In this document: positions 9,677-19,430 of the stretch, one piece after another
How the letters are laid out: each line of letters opens with the position of its first letter
Numbering within the stretch: the stretch's first letter is position 1
Assembly (NCBI GenBank): GCA_964562445.1
Contig: CAZLSZ010000001.1
Coordinates: 10,755-74,754, forward strand
Direction: 5' to 3'
Source: an uncultured Gammaproteobacteria bacterium
Lineage (GTDB): Bacteria; Patescibacteriota; Microgenomatia; Levybacterales; UBA12049
Length of the DNA stretch: 64,000 nt
Program-made: the position numbers and the translations under genes
Notes under the pieces: model-generated
Seen by the model: the letters and a program-made list of their open reading frames with translations, nothing else
Told to the model about the DNA's origin: nothing
Database searches by the model: none

Positions 9677-10197
9677 GCAGAAATTTCGGTAATCCGGCAC
9701 ATATGAATCAGGCACAAAGTGAATTTGAAGAACAGGTGGTACAGATCAATCGTGTTTCTAAAAAGACTAAAGGTGGAAACAAGGTGGGTTTTTCCGCTCT
9801 TACTGTTGTGGGAGACGGCAATGGTCGTGTAGGAGTAGCCTTAGGGAAAGCGCCTGACGTTTCTAGCGCGATCCGAAAAGGTATCAATCAGGCAAAAAAA
9901 AATTTGATTACAATTCCTCTGGTTGACGGCACTATTCCTTTCCGAATTGATATCAAAGTCGGCGCCGCCAAGATCATGTTGAAGCCCGCGCCTCCGGGAT
10001 CAGGTATTATCGCGGGCGGTGCTGTACGCAGTGTCGTTTCCGTCGCCGGTATCAAGAATATCTCTTCCAAAATGCTTGGGACCACCAATAAAATCAGTAA
10101 TATTTACGCGACACTTGAGGCGCTTCGCAAAGTTAGTGAATTAGCTGACCGCAAAAAAGAACGATTGAGTGATGTGAAAGCAGGAAAGACCAAATAA
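9673..10197 (+). CDS. rpsE: 30S ribosomal protein S5
   Basis: INRVSKKTKGGNKVGFSALTVVGDGNGRVGVALGKA...GSGIIAGGAVR. The next gene is rplO directly; there is no L30 gene. Confidence 0.95.
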   Translation: MSRNFGNPAHMNQAQSEFEEQVVQINRVSKKTKGGNKVGFSALTVVGDGNGRVGVALGKAPDVSSAIRKGINQAKKNLITIPLVDGTIPFRIDIKVGAAKIMLKPAPPGSGIIAGGAVRSVVSVAGIKNISSKMLGTTNKISNIYATLEALRKVSELADRKKERLSDVKAGKTK

Positions 10198-10199
10198 GT

Positions 10200-10643
10200 A
10201 TGAATTTACATAATTTAGAGAAAATTAAAGCAAAAAGCAAAAAAAGAGTCGGTCTCGGACATGGATCAGGCCGCGGTAAGACTGCTGGACGCGGGCAAAA
10301 AGGACAAAAAGCGAGAAATTCCGTACCACTTCGATTTGAGGGTGGAGCACTGCCTCTTACCAAACGACTGCCGTTTCTCAGAGGAAAAGGCAGAAATAAA
10401 TCTTTGCAGGAGAAACCGGTTGTTATCAATGTTGAAGCATTGAATGTTTTTGCAAAAGGTGCCACAATAAATGAAGAAAGTCTCGTCAAACAGGGTTTAG
10501 CGACCAAGGAATTAATCGACAGAAAAGGCGTAAAAATTTTGGGACGGGGCAATATGACAGTCGCATTGACCGTACAGCTTCCTGTTTCCAAAGGTGCTGA
10601 AGAGAAGATTACCAAGGCAGGCGGCAACGTAACTAAGAACTAA
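10200..10643 (+). CDS. rplO: 50S ribosomal protein L15
   Basis: MNLHNLEKIKAKSKKRVGLGHGSGRGKTAGRGQKGQKARN. Confidence 0.93.
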   Translation: MNLHNLEKIKAKSKKRVGLGHGSGRGKTAGRGQKGQKARNSVPLRFEGGALPLTKRLPFLRGKGRNKSLQEKPVVINVEALNVFAKGATINEESLVKQGLATKELIDRKGVKILGRGNMTVALTVQLPVSKGAEEKITKAGGNVTKN

Positions 10644-10690
10644 AAAGTGGGAACTAAGAATCTTTTCAGTGTGGCAATACAATAACGTTC

Positions 10691-11983
10691 ATGAACGCAA
10701 TTTTTCAAACTCTGATTAATAGCTATAAATCGCCTGAGGTCCGGAAGAAAATCCTCTTTATCCTCATGATCTTTCTCGTATTCAGACTCTTTGCGCACAT
10801 TCCCGTTGCCGGCGTAAAAATTGATCAACTCAAGCTCCTCTTTGAACAGAATCAATTTTTGGGATTTTTAAATATGTTCTCCGGGGGCTCGCTTTCGAAT
10901 TTTTCTATCATGGCTCTGGGGCTAAATCCGTATATTAATGCTTCAATTATATTGCAGTTACTTACGATGTTATTTCCCAAACTTGAAGCATTATCCAAAG
11001 AAGGAGAATCAGGCCGCAGAAAAATTAATCAGTATACAAGGTTTCTCACTGTGCCACTAGCAGTCTTGCAGGCAATCGGTGTTTTCGCTCTCCTTCGCAG
11101 TCAGGGGCTGGTCACCAGTCTCGCACCCGTAGATTTTCTTGCGTTTATTTTTACACTGGTTGCAGGATCAATGCTCTTGGTATGGCTTGGAGAACTCATA
11201 ACAGAAAAAGGTATAGGAAATGGTATCTCGCTTCTTATTTTCGGAGGTATTGTCGGACAGCTGCCGACCATGATGGGGCAGACATTTTCTACAGCGACTA
11301 CACAGTCCTCATTGGGTTTGATAAGTTTTGCTGTTTTAAGTCTGGGTGTTATCGTAGGTATTATTATTGTGAATGAAGCGACAAGAAGGATTCCTGTGCA
11401 TTACGCGAAACGTATGCGTGGCAGCAAAATGTATGGCGGACAATCCACACATCTGCCCTTGCGCCTTAATCAGGCAGGTGTTATTCCGATTATTTTTGCT
11501 GTTTCTATCGTCCTTCTTCCTTCTCTTCTGGCAAGTGTTTTTGGCACATCAAAAAATCCTGCACTCAGAACCATCGCTGAAAACATCAATATTTGGTTTT
11601 CTCCTAATGGTTTTTGGTATAACGCCTTATATTTCCTACTTGTAGTTGGATTCACTTTCTTTTATACTGCTGTAGTGTTCAATCCGAAAAAAATTTCGGA
11701 GGATATACAAAAATATGGTGGCTTTATCCCAGGGGTGCGACCAGGCAAGCCTACCACAACATATCTGAATTATATCTTGACGAGAATTACACTCGTCGGT
11801 GCTGTTTTTTTGGGTTTAGTAGCAATATTACCGCAAATTGCCCGTCAAATTACAGGCGTTCAGAATTTACTTTTAGGTGGAGTAAGTATGTTGATTGTGG
11901 TGAGTGTTGTTTTGGAAACATATAAAGCAATCGAGGCGCATTTGGTAATGAGAAACTATGAGGGGTTTCTCGACAGAAAATAA
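10691..11983 (+). CDS. secY: preprotein translocase subunit SecY
   Basis: 430 aa, about 10 TM segments. [47 protein letters not shown]. Confidence 0.95.
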   Translation: MNAIFQTLINSYKSPEVRKKILFILMIFLVFRLFAHIPVAGVKIDQLKLLFEQNQFLGFLNMFSGGSLSNFSIMALGLNPYINASIILQLLTMLFPKLEALSKEGESGRRKINQYTRFLTVPLAVLQAIGVFALLRSQGLVTSLAPVDFLAFIFTLVAGSMLLVWLGELITEKGIGNGISLLIFGGIVGQLPTMMGQTFSTATTQSSLGLISFAVLSLGVIVGIIIVNEATRRIPVHYAKRMRGSKMYGGQSTHLPLRLNQAGVIPIIFAVSIVLLPSLLASVFGTSKNPALRTIAENINIWFSPNGFWYNALYFLLVVGFTFFYTAVVFNPKKISEDIQKYGGFIPGVRPGKPTTTYLNYILTRITLVGAVFLGLVAILPQIARQITGVQNLLLGGVSMLIVVSVVLETYKAIEAHLVMRNYEGFLDRK

Positions 11984-11984
11984 T

Positions 11985-12536
11985 ATGAAGATAATTATTG
12001 TCGGTATACAAGGAGCAGGAAAATCAACACAGGGAAACCTGCTCAATAAAAAATTGAAGATACCATACCTTTCGACTGGACATATGTTCCGGGAAATTGC
12101 CAAAGAAAGAACACCGCTGGGAAGATATATTAAAGAAACTATGAATGCAGGTTTTCTTATTCCTGATTCGAAAACATTGGAGATTGTCGAAGAGTATCTC
12201 AGCAGACCCGAGTATGAAGACGGATATATTTTGGATGGTTTTCCCCGCACAGCAAAGCAGGCAGAACATTTCAAAAATGGTATTGATAAGGTAGTGTATC
12301 TGGAAGTATCTGACAAGGAGGCTCTTTGGCGGTTATCATTCCGTGGTGAAGGAGATGGCGCGGAAGCACGTGAAGATGATACCCTTGCCGCGATCAGAAA
12401 GCGTATTGAACTTTTTCATAAATTTACCAATCCTGTTTTGGATTTTTATCATAAAAAGCGTAAGCTCATCACGATAAATGGCGAACAGGAAATAGAAAAG
12501 ATCCATAAGCAGATAATGCATGAACTTACCAAGTGA
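11985..12536 (+). CDS. adk: adenylate kinase (short, no zinc LID)
   Basis: Start at ATG 11985, after the secY stop. P-loop GIQGAGKSTQ and NMP-binding YLSTGHMFRE. Follows secY as in canonical spc operons. Confidence 0.88.
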   Translation: MKIIIVGIQGAGKSTQGNLLNKKLKIPYLSTGHMFREIAKERTPLGRYIKETMNAGFLIPDSKTLEIVEEYLSRPEYEDGYILDGFPRTAKQAEHFKNGIDKVVYLEVSDKEALWRLSFRGEGDGAEAREDDTLAAIRKRIELFHKFTNPVLDFYHKKRKLITINGEQEIEKIHKQIMHELTK

Positions 12537-13105
12537 GAAAGAAACCGACACTATTGGGACTAACCGGCGCATTTGGGAGTGGTAAGACGACTGCCTCTTC
12601 ATTTTTTGTTGAAAACGGATTTGAGCGGATTACGCTTTCTTCATTTTTGGAAGAAGAATTACATCGCAGAAGTGATGCTCCCATTACCAGAAAAGCTCTA
12701 CAGGATTTAGGTAATGAGTGGCGTCAGCAACATGGAAATGGAATTCTTGCGAAAAAAGCGCTTTCGTATATTGATGAGAAGAATGTAGAATTTGCCGTTA
12801 TTGATGGTATTCGTAATCTCGGAGAAGTTGATATCATGCGCAAACAGCAATCGTTCTCATTGATAGCAATTGTATTAAATAGAGTACTCCGCTTCGAACG
12901 ATTGAAAAAGAACCCGCGCAGGGAAACATTGACATGGGATTTGTTTAGGGAGCTGGATTATCGTGATTTAGGCGTGGGAGAGAATGATAGTGGGCTTCAG
13001 GCAGGGTTATGTATTGCATTAGCGGACATTTTCGTCGATAATAACGGCTCTCCTGAGATATTTAAAGAAAAATTAAAGGAAGTATTTATGGAGGAATATG
13101 CATAA
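12533..13105 (+). CDS. P-loop nucleotide/nucleoside kinase family protein (dephospho-CoA kinase / dNMP kinase-like)
   Basis: Walker A GLTGAFGSGKTT at the N-terminus. Sits between adk and cmk. Exact substrate cannot be assigned from sequence. Confidence 0.5.
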   Translation: MRKKPTLLGLTGAFGSGKTTASSFFVENGFERITLSSFLEEELHRRSDAPITRKALQDLGNEWRQQHGNGILAKKALSYIDEKNVEFAVIDGIRNLGEVDIMRKQQSFSLIAIVLNRVLRFERLKKNPRRETLTWDLFRELDYRDLGVGENDSGLQAGLCIALADIFVDNNGSPEIFKEKLKEVFMEEYA

Positions 13106-13790
13106 AGGAATTATCATAGCCATAGACGGCCCTGTAGCGGCCGGCAAGGGCACTATTGCGCCGGAGCTGTCTGAAAGACTGCATGGGTTTTATCTGTATA
13201 CAGGAGCGACATACAGATGTCTTGCTCTGTATTGCTTGGAGAATGGAGTAGATTTTTCCGATACAAAGGCAATTATTTCTCAGCTTCCTAATGTAACGAT
13301 TGATTTACTTGATAGGAAGGTAATGCTTAATGGACGCGAAGTGACGCAGGAAATAAAAGGGATTGAAGTAGCGAGAAATACGCCTCTTGTCGCTGCTATC
13401 CCGGGGGTTAGAAAGGAAATGGTTAGGCGACAACAGGAGATCGGAAATATGCGTCGTGAAGAAGGCCAGACAGTGTTGGTTGAAGGCCGAGATATTGCTA
13501 CCGTTGTCTTTCCTGATGCGGAATTGAAAGTCTTTTTGACTGCTACTCCTGAAGTACGCGCGCAGAGAAGGCTTGAGCAGCATCAGATTATGGGGAATTC
13601 GACTGTCACATTTGAAGATGTCCTTTCGGATTTGCAGAAGCGGGATAAAGAAGATACGGAGCGTGTAGCCGATCCCCTTGTGAAAGATCCCGAAAATCAT
13701 GGGTATTTCATCGTGGATAACACAGGAATGAGTGAATCGGAGACAGTTGATATAATAATAGAAGAATTACAAAAGAGGAAGTTAATATGA
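13098..13790 (+). CDS. cmk: cytidylate (CMP) kinase
   Basis: IIAIDGPVAAGKGTIAPELSERL...YLYTGATYR and arginine-rich LID AQRRLEQ. Confidence 0.85.
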   Translation: MHKGIIIAIDGPVAAGKGTIAPELSERLHGFYLYTGATYRCLALYCLENGVDFSDTKAIISQLPNVTIDLLDRKVMLNGREVTQEIKGIEVARNTPLVAAIPGVRKEMVRRQQEIGNMRREEGQTVLVEGRDIATVVFPDAELKVFLTATPEVRAQRRLEQHQIMGNSTVTFEDVLSDLQKRDKEDTERVADPLVKDPENHGYFIVDNTGMSESETVDIIIEELQKRKLI

Positions 13791-14554
13791 TCGATATAAA
13801 AACACCCGAACAGATTAAAATCATGCAGCATGGAGGACATATCCTCGCGACAGTGCTGGGTGAAGTGATGGATCGTATCAAACCGGGAGTATCAGAGTTG
13901 GAAATGGATCAATACGCGGAAAAGCGGATCAGAGAAATGGGAGGCGAGCCCGGATTTATGAAAGTTGAAGGGTACAAGTTTACCACATGTATGTCTACCA
14001 ATGATGTCGTGGTGCATGGTATCCCCAGAAAAAATAATGTTTTCAAAGAAGGTGACATAGCGGGTGTAGATTGCGGTGTCTATTATAAAGGGCTGCATAC
14101 GGATATGAGTGATTCAAAGCGTGTTTCTGTAAATCCGAATCGTAAGGAGGATGCTATTGATACGTTTTTAGAAATTGGGAAATACGCGCTTGATGAAGCG
14201 ATTAAAGTCGCGGTTGTCGGAAACAGAGTCGGGCATATCTCCAAAACCATTCAGGATATTGTGGAGAGGAAAGGCGGATATAGTGTAGTGAGAAGTTTAA
14301 TCGGCCATGGAGTCGGCAAAGAATTACATGAAGAGCCGGAAGTACCCGGTTATTTACATGGTAAAATCGAAAAGACACCACTTCTAAAAGAGGGGATGAC
14401 TATAGCGGTGGAAGTGATTTATAATATGGGTACACCGGAAGTAAAACTGGATAATGACCACTGGACAATACGGACGCAGGACGGTAAACTTGCAGGATTG
14501 TACGAGCGAACCATCGCGATTACACCTGATGGTCCCTTAATGATAACAGTATAA
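13787..14554 (+). CDS. map: type I methionine aminopeptidase
   Basis: Pita-bread metal ligands: VVHGIP, DIAGVDCGVYYKGLHTDMS, GHGVGKELHEEP, EVIYNMG. Confidence 0.92.
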   Translation: MIDIKTPEQIKIMQHGGHILATVLGEVMDRIKPGVSELEMDQYAEKRIREMGGEPGFMKVEGYKFTTCMSTNDVVVHGIPRKNNVFKEGDIAGVDCGVYYKGLHTDMSDSKRVSVNPNRKEDAIDTFLEIGKYALDEAIKVAVVGNRVGHISKTIQDIVERKGGYSVVRSLIGHGVGKELHEEPEVPGYLHGKIEKTPLLKEGMTIAVEVIYNMGTPEVKLDNDHWTIRTQDGKLAGLYERTIAITPDGPLMITV

Positions 14555-14586
14555 GATGTTCTCTCAGGAGAGATTGTAGACAGATA

Positions 14587-14615
14587 TTGCTCTTTCGAGC
14601 CTAGTTTGTTATAAT
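14587..14615 (+). promoter_or_regulatory. sigma70-like promoter (TTGCTC-17-TGTTATAAT) 6 nt upstream of infA ATG, implying a leaderless infA mRNA
   Basis: -35 at 14587-92, extended -10 (TGn) TATAAT at 14610-15, ATG at 14622. No SD. Confidence 0.45.
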
Positions 14616-14621
14616 GCTCCA

Positions 14622-14840
14622 ATGGCTCACCAAGGCTCGTTTGAGAAAGACGGTGTTGTACGAGAAGCACTGCCGAATACATTATTTCGTGTCGAACTCG
14701 AGGACAAATCTATTATTCTCTGTCACCTTTCAGGTAAAATGAGAATGCATTTCATCAAGATTTTGCCGGGTGACCGCGTGCGCATTGAGATGACACCGTA
14801 TGATCTGACTCGCGGAAGAATAATGTTTCGATATAAGTAG
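14622..14840 (+). CDS. infA: translation initiation factor IF-1
   Basis: [57 protein letters not shown]. Confidence 0.95.
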   Translation: MAHQGSFEKDGVVREALPNTLFRVELEDKSIILCHLSGKMRMHFIKILPGDRVRIEMTPYDLTRGRIMFRYK

Positions 14841-14842
14841 AT

Positions 14843-14956
14843 ATGAAAGTACAAGCTAGTGTTAAAAAGAGATGTATTAAGTGTAAAATAATAAAGCGTA
14901 GAGGCGTAATTCGTGTCGTGTGTGAGAACGCGCGCCACAAACAAAGACAAGGATAA
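14843..14956 (+). CDS. rpmJ: 50S ribosomal protein L36 (37 aa; below the ORF-track size cutoff)
   Basis: Manually translated: [37 protein letters not shown]. This is the bL36 zinc ribbon (C11, C14, C27, H32), in the canonical infA-rpmJ-rpsM position. Confidence 0.9.
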   Translation: MKVQASVKKRCIKCKIIKRRGVIRVVCENARHKQRQG

Positions 14957-14959
14957 TTT

Positions 14960-15367
14960 ATGAGAATTGCAGGCGTTACTATACCGGATGAAAAAAGAGT
15001 TGATATCGCGTTGTCCTATATCTATGGGATCGGACGCAGTAATGTTATTGAAGTTCTCGAGAAAGCAGAAGTCGCGGCTGATAAGAGAGCGCATACGCTG
15101 ACTGAAGATGAAATCAAGAGACTGACCAAAGTGCTTGAAACATATAAGATCGAAGGAGATCTCAAAGCGGAAATCGCGGCAAATGTCAGACGTCTCAGAG
15201 ATATCGGCGCGTATCGCGGGGTACGACATACACGGGGCTTACCGTCACGAGGACAAAGGACGAGGTCCAATGCCCGTACCAAGAGAGGAAAGAGAGTCAC
15301 CATCGGTGCGATCAAAAAAGAAGTGATCGCGAAGATGGAAGCAGCAGCGAAGGCGAAAGGGAAGTAA
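14960..15367 (+). CDS. rpsM: 30S ribosomal protein S13
   Basis: MRIAGVTIPDEKRVDIALSYIYGIG...RGLPSRGQRTRSNARTKRG. Confidence 0.95.
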   Translation: MRIAGVTIPDEKRVDIALSYIYGIGRSNVIEVLEKAEVAADKRAHTLTEDEIKRLTKVLETYKIEGDLKAEIAANVRRLRDIGAYRGVRHTRGLPSRGQRTRSNARTKRGKRVTIGAIKKEVIAKMEAAAKAKGK

Positions 15368-15397
15368 CTGAAAACTGATAACTAAAAATAAAATAAT

Positions 15398-15805
15398 ATG
15401 GCAAAGAAACAAATTAAAAAAGTAACAACAAAAGTAAAAAAGAAAAACGCGGCAGTCGTTTCAGAACATGGCAGAGTGTATGTCACGGCGACATTTAATA
15501 ATACACTTATTACCGTTACCAATGATAAAGGTGAAGCGCTTATGTGGAGTTCATCTGGGGCAAAAGGTTTTAAAGGCGCACGTAAGTCCACTCCTTATGC
15601 GGCGAGTATCGCTGCTGAAGATGCGGTAAAGAAAGTTGTCGAGCGAGGGATGAAATCTGTTGATGTATTTGTGAAGGGTCCGGGTTCCGGCCGTGATTCA
15701 TCACTGCGAGGCATCAAAAGTGCGGGCACGATCATCACATCTATCTCAGATGTGACACCAATGCCGCATAACGGCCCAAGATCCAAGAATCGAAGAAGAG
15801 TGTAA
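15398..15805 (+). CDS. rpsK: 30S ribosomal protein S11
   Basis: [41 protein letters not shown]...[12 protein letters not shown]. Confidence 0.95.
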   Translation: MAKKQIKKVTTKVKKKNAAVVSEHGRVYVTATFNNTLITVTNDKGEALMWSSSGAKGFKGARKSTPYAASIAAEDAVKKVVERGMKSVDVFVKGPGSGRDSSLRGIKSAGTIITSISDVTPMPHNGPRSKNRRRV

Positions 15806-15813
15806 TACATACT

Positions 15814-16416
15814 ATGGCAAGATATACAGGACCAAAACATAAATTAGCAAGAAGAGAAGGTATCAACCTGCTGGAGAAGACATCCAATTCTCTCACACGC
15901 CGATTGACTACTCCTCCGGGGGTGCACGGCAAAAAAGGAAAGAGAAGACCATCAGATTTCGGCCAGCAGCTTCGTGAGAAGCAAAAGGCAAAGGTAATGT
16001 ACGGACTTTTGGAAAAACAGTTCAGTAAACTGGTCGCCATGGCGGAATCACAAGAAGGAGATACAGAAGAATTACTGCTGTCTCTGTTGGAAAGAAGACT
16101 GGATAATATCGTGTATCGACTCGGTCTTGCAAAAACACGCAATATGTCCCGCCAGTTTGTCGGTCACGGACATGTGCTGGTTAATGGCAAAAAGATGACG
16201 ATTCCGTCCTATACCGTAAAAGTCGGCGATGTCATTACTGTTGATGATAAGGCAGCAAAGAATCCGGATGTCGTAAAAGCTCAGGAAGAAAATAATGAAG
16301 TTCTTGCATTTTTGGAAAAGAAAGGACCTGCAGGGAAGCTGTCCCGAATCCCCACAGGAGAAGATATTCAGGTTCCATTTAGTACAAGACAGATTATTGA
16401 ATATTATTCTCGATAG
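15814..16416 (+). CDS. rpsD: 30S ribosomal protein S4
   Basis: MARYTGPKHKLARREG... and S4 RNA-binding domain (LDNIVYRLGLAKTRNMSRQFVGHGHVLVNGKK). Confidence 0.95.
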   Translation: MARYTGPKHKLARREGINLLEKTSNSLTRRLTTPPGVHGKKGKRRPSDFGQQLREKQKAKVMYGLLEKQFSKLVAMAESQEGDTEELLLSLLERRLDNIVYRLGLAKTRNMSRQFVGHGHVLVNGKKMTIPSYTVKVGDVITVDDKAAKNPDVVKAQEENNEVLAFLEKKGPAGKLSRIPTGEDIQVPFSTRQIIEYYSR

Positions 16417-16417
16417 T

Positions 16418-16426
16418 GGTATAATA
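16418..16426 (+). promoter_or_regulatory. extended -10 element TGGTATAAT immediately after the rpsD stop (possible internal promoter for rpoA-rplQ)
   Basis: Exact TGnTATAAT. No clear -35 was assigned. Confidence 0.3.
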
Positions 16427-16492
16427 CCTATTACACATCTATGATGTTGTAGATTTCTATTGCCCACACGAGTCTATTTATAAGAATTAATT

Positions 16493-17422
16493 ATGGAAGA
16501 ATTACAATTTAAAGTAAAAGAAATTACTCTTTCTCCTGATTATGGAGAATTCGCTATCGAACCGCTCGAACCGGGATACGGACACACAATGGGTAACTCC
16601 CTGAGAAGAGTCTTATATACATCTATTCCCGGAACAGCTGTCACATCAGTCCGTATTACCGGCGTCAAGCATAAATTCTCAACACTCGAAGGATTAAAAG
16701 AAAATATTGTCGACTTACTCCTCAATGTCAAAGAACTCAATTTCAGACTTCCTGAAAATAAAGAAACAGCGACAGTTAAACTTTCCGTTAAAGGAGCAAG
16801 AAAAGTAACAGCTGCTGATATCGAAGCTGCAGACGGTGTAGAAGTGGTTGATAAAGATCAATACATCGGTTCACTTTCAGGAGAGAAAGCAAAACTTGAT
16901 ATGGAAATGACCATCGAAAGAGGCTATGGATTCTCTCTTGCGGAAGAAAGAAAAGCTACAGCTTTGGGAGATATGACTGTGGATGCTGTTTACTCACCTG
17001 TCCGAAGAGTAACATATTCTGTCGCCGCAACACGTGTCGGACGACGAACTGATCTCGATAAGCTTACTCTTAAGATCTGGACAAACGGAACAGTCGATCC
17101 AAAGGTCTCCCTTATGGATGCGGCAAAGCTTTTGACATCATACTTCAAGCAGGTCTATGAACCGAAGGATGTCGAAGCTCCTTCCGAGGCACCTGCCGCG
17201 ACCTCTTCAATTCCGCAGAATTTACTCAAAATGACAATCGATGAGCTGGATCTTCCGACAAGAATATATAACAGTCTTCGAAATGGAGGGATCGAAACAA
17301 TTGAACAATTGCTCGCGACTCCAAGAAAGGATTTAGTATCTATGCGCAATATGGGTGGTAAATCCATTTCCGTTATCGAAGAAAAACTCGGAGAAAAAGG
17401 CATTAGCTTAACATCTATATAG
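16493..17422 (+). CDS. rpoA: DNA-directed RNA polymerase subunit alpha
   Basis: N-terminal dimerisation domain (FAIEPLEPGYGHTMGNSLRRVL) and alpha-CTD (DLPTRIYNSLRNGGIETIEQL). Confidence 0.95.
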   Translation: MEELQFKVKEITLSPDYGEFAIEPLEPGYGHTMGNSLRRVLYTSIPGTAVTSVRITGVKHKFSTLEGLKENIVDLLLNVKELNFRLPENKETATVKLSVKGARKVTAADIEAADGVEVVDKDQYIGSLSGEKAKLDMEMTIERGYGFSLAEERKATALGDMTVDAVYSPVRRVTYSVAATRVGRRTDLDKLTLKIWTNGTVDPKVSLMDAAKLLTSYFKQVYEPKDVEAPSEAPAATSSIPQNLLKMTIDELDLPTRIYNSLRNGGIETIEQLLATPRKDLVSMRNMGGKSISVIEEKLGEKGISLTSI

Positions 17423-17454
17423 TTATCAGTTGAGGTCCCTAAGAAGTCCAGTGT

Positions 17455-17500
17455 ATCTGTTTATGGTTTATCAGTCTGATTAACTGTAAACAGATTTTTT
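17455..17500 (+). terminator. hairpin plus T6: attenuator/terminator between rpoA and rplQ
   Basis: atctgtttatgg...ctgtaaacagat, a roughly 12-bp stem whose loop contains the atcag-t-ctgat palindrome, followed by tttttt. Confidence 0.5.
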
Positions 17501-17510
17501 AGTATTACGT

Positions 17511-18080
17511 ATGAAAAAAAATGTATTCGGAAGACAGTTTAAGAGAGACGCGAATGAACGAAAGGCATTATTTAAAAACCTTTTGACCTCACTCGTGCTC
17601 GAAGAGCGTATCACGACATCGGAAGCAAAAGCAAAAGCCATCAAAAGCGCGGCTGACAAGCTCGTTACCAAGGCAAAAAAGGGCGGCGATAAAGCATATA
17701 AGTCTCTTGCTCCTGATGTGAATTATGTCGCAGTTGAAAAATTAATAAAACAAATCGCGCCGAGATTTATGAAGCGGGATGGAGGATACACACGAATTAT
17801 CAAAGTAGGAAACAGAATTGCTGATAATTCACCCGAAGTGATTTTGGAGTGGACCGAAAAAGCGCCCGAACCGGTAAAGAAGGATAAAAAAGTAAAAGCT
17901 GCGGTGCAGAAGGATGAAAAGAGTTTCTTGGAGTCGGAGACAGAAGATATTACTAAAGAATCCAAGAAAGCAGTGGAATTGGAAGAGAAGGCCGTAAAAG
18001 AGAAAAAATCAGAAATGCAGGTAAAGAAGGCGAAAACAAATATTTTGAAGCAATTAGTGACGAGACAAAAGAAAGGATAA
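17511..18080 (+). CDS. rplQ: 50S ribosomal protein L17 with K/E-rich C-terminal extension
   Basis: bL17 core (...GGYTRIIKVGNRIADNSPEV) then KKDKKVKAAVQKDEKS...KKSEMQVKKAK. Confidence 0.88.
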   Translation: MKKNVFGRQFKRDANERKALFKNLLTSLVLEERITTSEAKAKAIKSAADKLVTKAKKGGDKAYKSLAPDVNYVAVEKLIKQIAPRFMKRDGGYTRIIKVGNRIADNSPEVILEWTEKAPEPVKKDKKVKAAVQKDEKSFLESETEDITKESKKAVELEEKAVKEKKSEMQVKKAKTNILKQLVTRQKKG

Positions 18081-18083
18081 ACT

Positions 18084-18533
18084 ATGCAGCAGGCACAAAT
18101 AACGAAATCAACAAAAGCAGATGATATTAAAAGGTCATGGCATATGATTGATGCTAAAGGCCAAACGCTCGGAAGAATCGGGACACAGATCGCGACCTTG
18201 TTGATGGGCAAAGCAAAGCCGTATTTTGTCCGAAATCTTGATTGCGGAGATTATGTCGTCGTCGTAAACGCGAAAGATGTCAAAGTAACGGGAAAAAAAG
18301 AATTACAAAAGACATACTACAGACATTCGGGCTATCCGGGTGGTTTTAAGTCAGAGACATTGAAAGAGCTTCGTGCTCGAAAGCCGGAAGAAATCATCAC
18401 GCATGCCGTGAAAGGGATGCTTCCTGACAATAGACTCAAGGCAAAAATGATGGCGCGACTTTTTGTCAATGCTGACGAAACAAATAAGTACGAAAATAAG
18501 TTGAAAGGAGTGAGCAAGGGAGAAGAGAAATAG
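18084..18533 (+). CDS. rplM: 50S ribosomal protein L13
   Basis: SWHMIDAKGQTLGRIGTQIATLLMGKAKPYFVRNLDCGDYVVVVNA. Confidence 0.95.
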   Translation: MQQAQITKSTKADDIKRSWHMIDAKGQTLGRIGTQIATLLMGKAKPYFVRNLDCGDYVVVVNAKDVKVTGKKELQKTYYRHSGYPGGFKSETLKELRARKPEEIITHAVKGMLPDNRLKAKMMARLFVNADETNKYENKLKGVSKGEEK

Positions 18534-18544
18534 CTCAGAACATT

Positions 18545-19021
18545 ATGGCAGAAGTAACACAGACACAAAAAAATAAAAAAACAAAGAAGGATTATACCTT
18601 TGCCGTGGGACGCCGCAAGGAAGCGGTTGCCCGTGTACGGTTATATGCTTCCGTTCCTGCGGATTTGAAGTGGGAAGAAGCTGAGATTAAGAAAGGTGAG
18701 ATGTATGTGAATGGCAAGCTCATTTCCGACTATTTCGGTGGAGATATCGCGCGTCATCAATATACTGAACCGCTTCGTATAACCAACGCGCATCAATTGA
18801 ATTATACGTTTACCATCAAAGTTGTCGGTGGAGGTCCTGCCGGCCAATTGCAGGCTGTTATCGCAGGTATTGCCAACGCGCTCAACAAAGTTGATCGCGA
18901 AAAGAACAGACCGACCCTCAAGAAAAAAGGATTCCTTACCCGTGATCCGCGCGTCCGTGAACGACGAAGTGTGGGTACCGGAGGGAAAGCACGCCGCAAG
19001 CGCCAATCACCAAAGCGCTAA
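18545..19021 (+). CDS. rpsI: 30S ribosomal protein S9
   Basis: AVGRRKEAVARVRL..., C-terminal GGKARRKRQSPKR. Confidence 0.95.
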   Translation: MAEVTQTQKNKKTKKDYTFAVGRRKEAVARVRLYASVPADLKWEEAEIKKGEMYVNGKLISDYFGGDIARHQYTEPLRITNAHQLNYTFTIKVVGGGPAGQLQAVIAGIANALNKVDREKNRPTLKKKGFLTRDPRVRERRSVGTGGKARRKRQSPKR

Positions 19022-19037
19022 AACATCTCTTTGTCAT

Positions 19038-19062
19038 CCTGAATCTGCTTTGCAGATGAAGG
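19038..19062. terminator. hairpin between convergent rpsI and GIY-YIG gene (weak bidirectional terminator; shares the gtcatcctgaa motif with the repeat family)
   Basis: atctgc-ttt-gcagat stem with flanking cctga/gaagg extension. Confidence 0.3.
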
Positions 19063-19099
19063 ATATCCCACGAATGTGGGGAATAATTACTCTCACATT

Positions 19100-19372
19100 T
19101 TATTCAGATAAATCTTTAAATTTGGGGTTACTATTTTTAATAAGTTCAATTTTTTTCTTTCGTGTCCACCCTTTGATTTTCTTTTCAGCAGCGATTGCAT
19201 CCTCTATATTATGGAATGTTTCGAGATAGACAAGTTTGTGAATATTGTATTTTGCCGTATAATCAGGGATCAACTTATTTTTGTGTTCATATAATCTTCG
19301 CTCAATATTATTGGTAACACCTGTGTAGAGCATATAAGATTTACTCGTCAAAATATATAAAAAATAGCCCAT
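19100..19372 (-). CDS. GIY-YIG nuclease family protein (YhbQ/UPF0213-like, 90 aa)
   Basis: GYFLYILTSKSYMLYTGVTNNIERRLYEH...E, a canonical GIY..YIG..R..E core. Confidence 0.85.
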   Translation of the reverse strand: MGYFLYILTSKSYMLYTGVTNNIERRLYEHKNKLIPDYTAKYNIHKLVYLETFHNIEDAIAAEKKIKGWTRKKKIELIKNSNPKFKDLSE

Positions 19373-19430
19373 TATATTATCATAATATATTTTATGTAAT
19401 GTATGCTACCTCGCATACGCGAGATATTAT

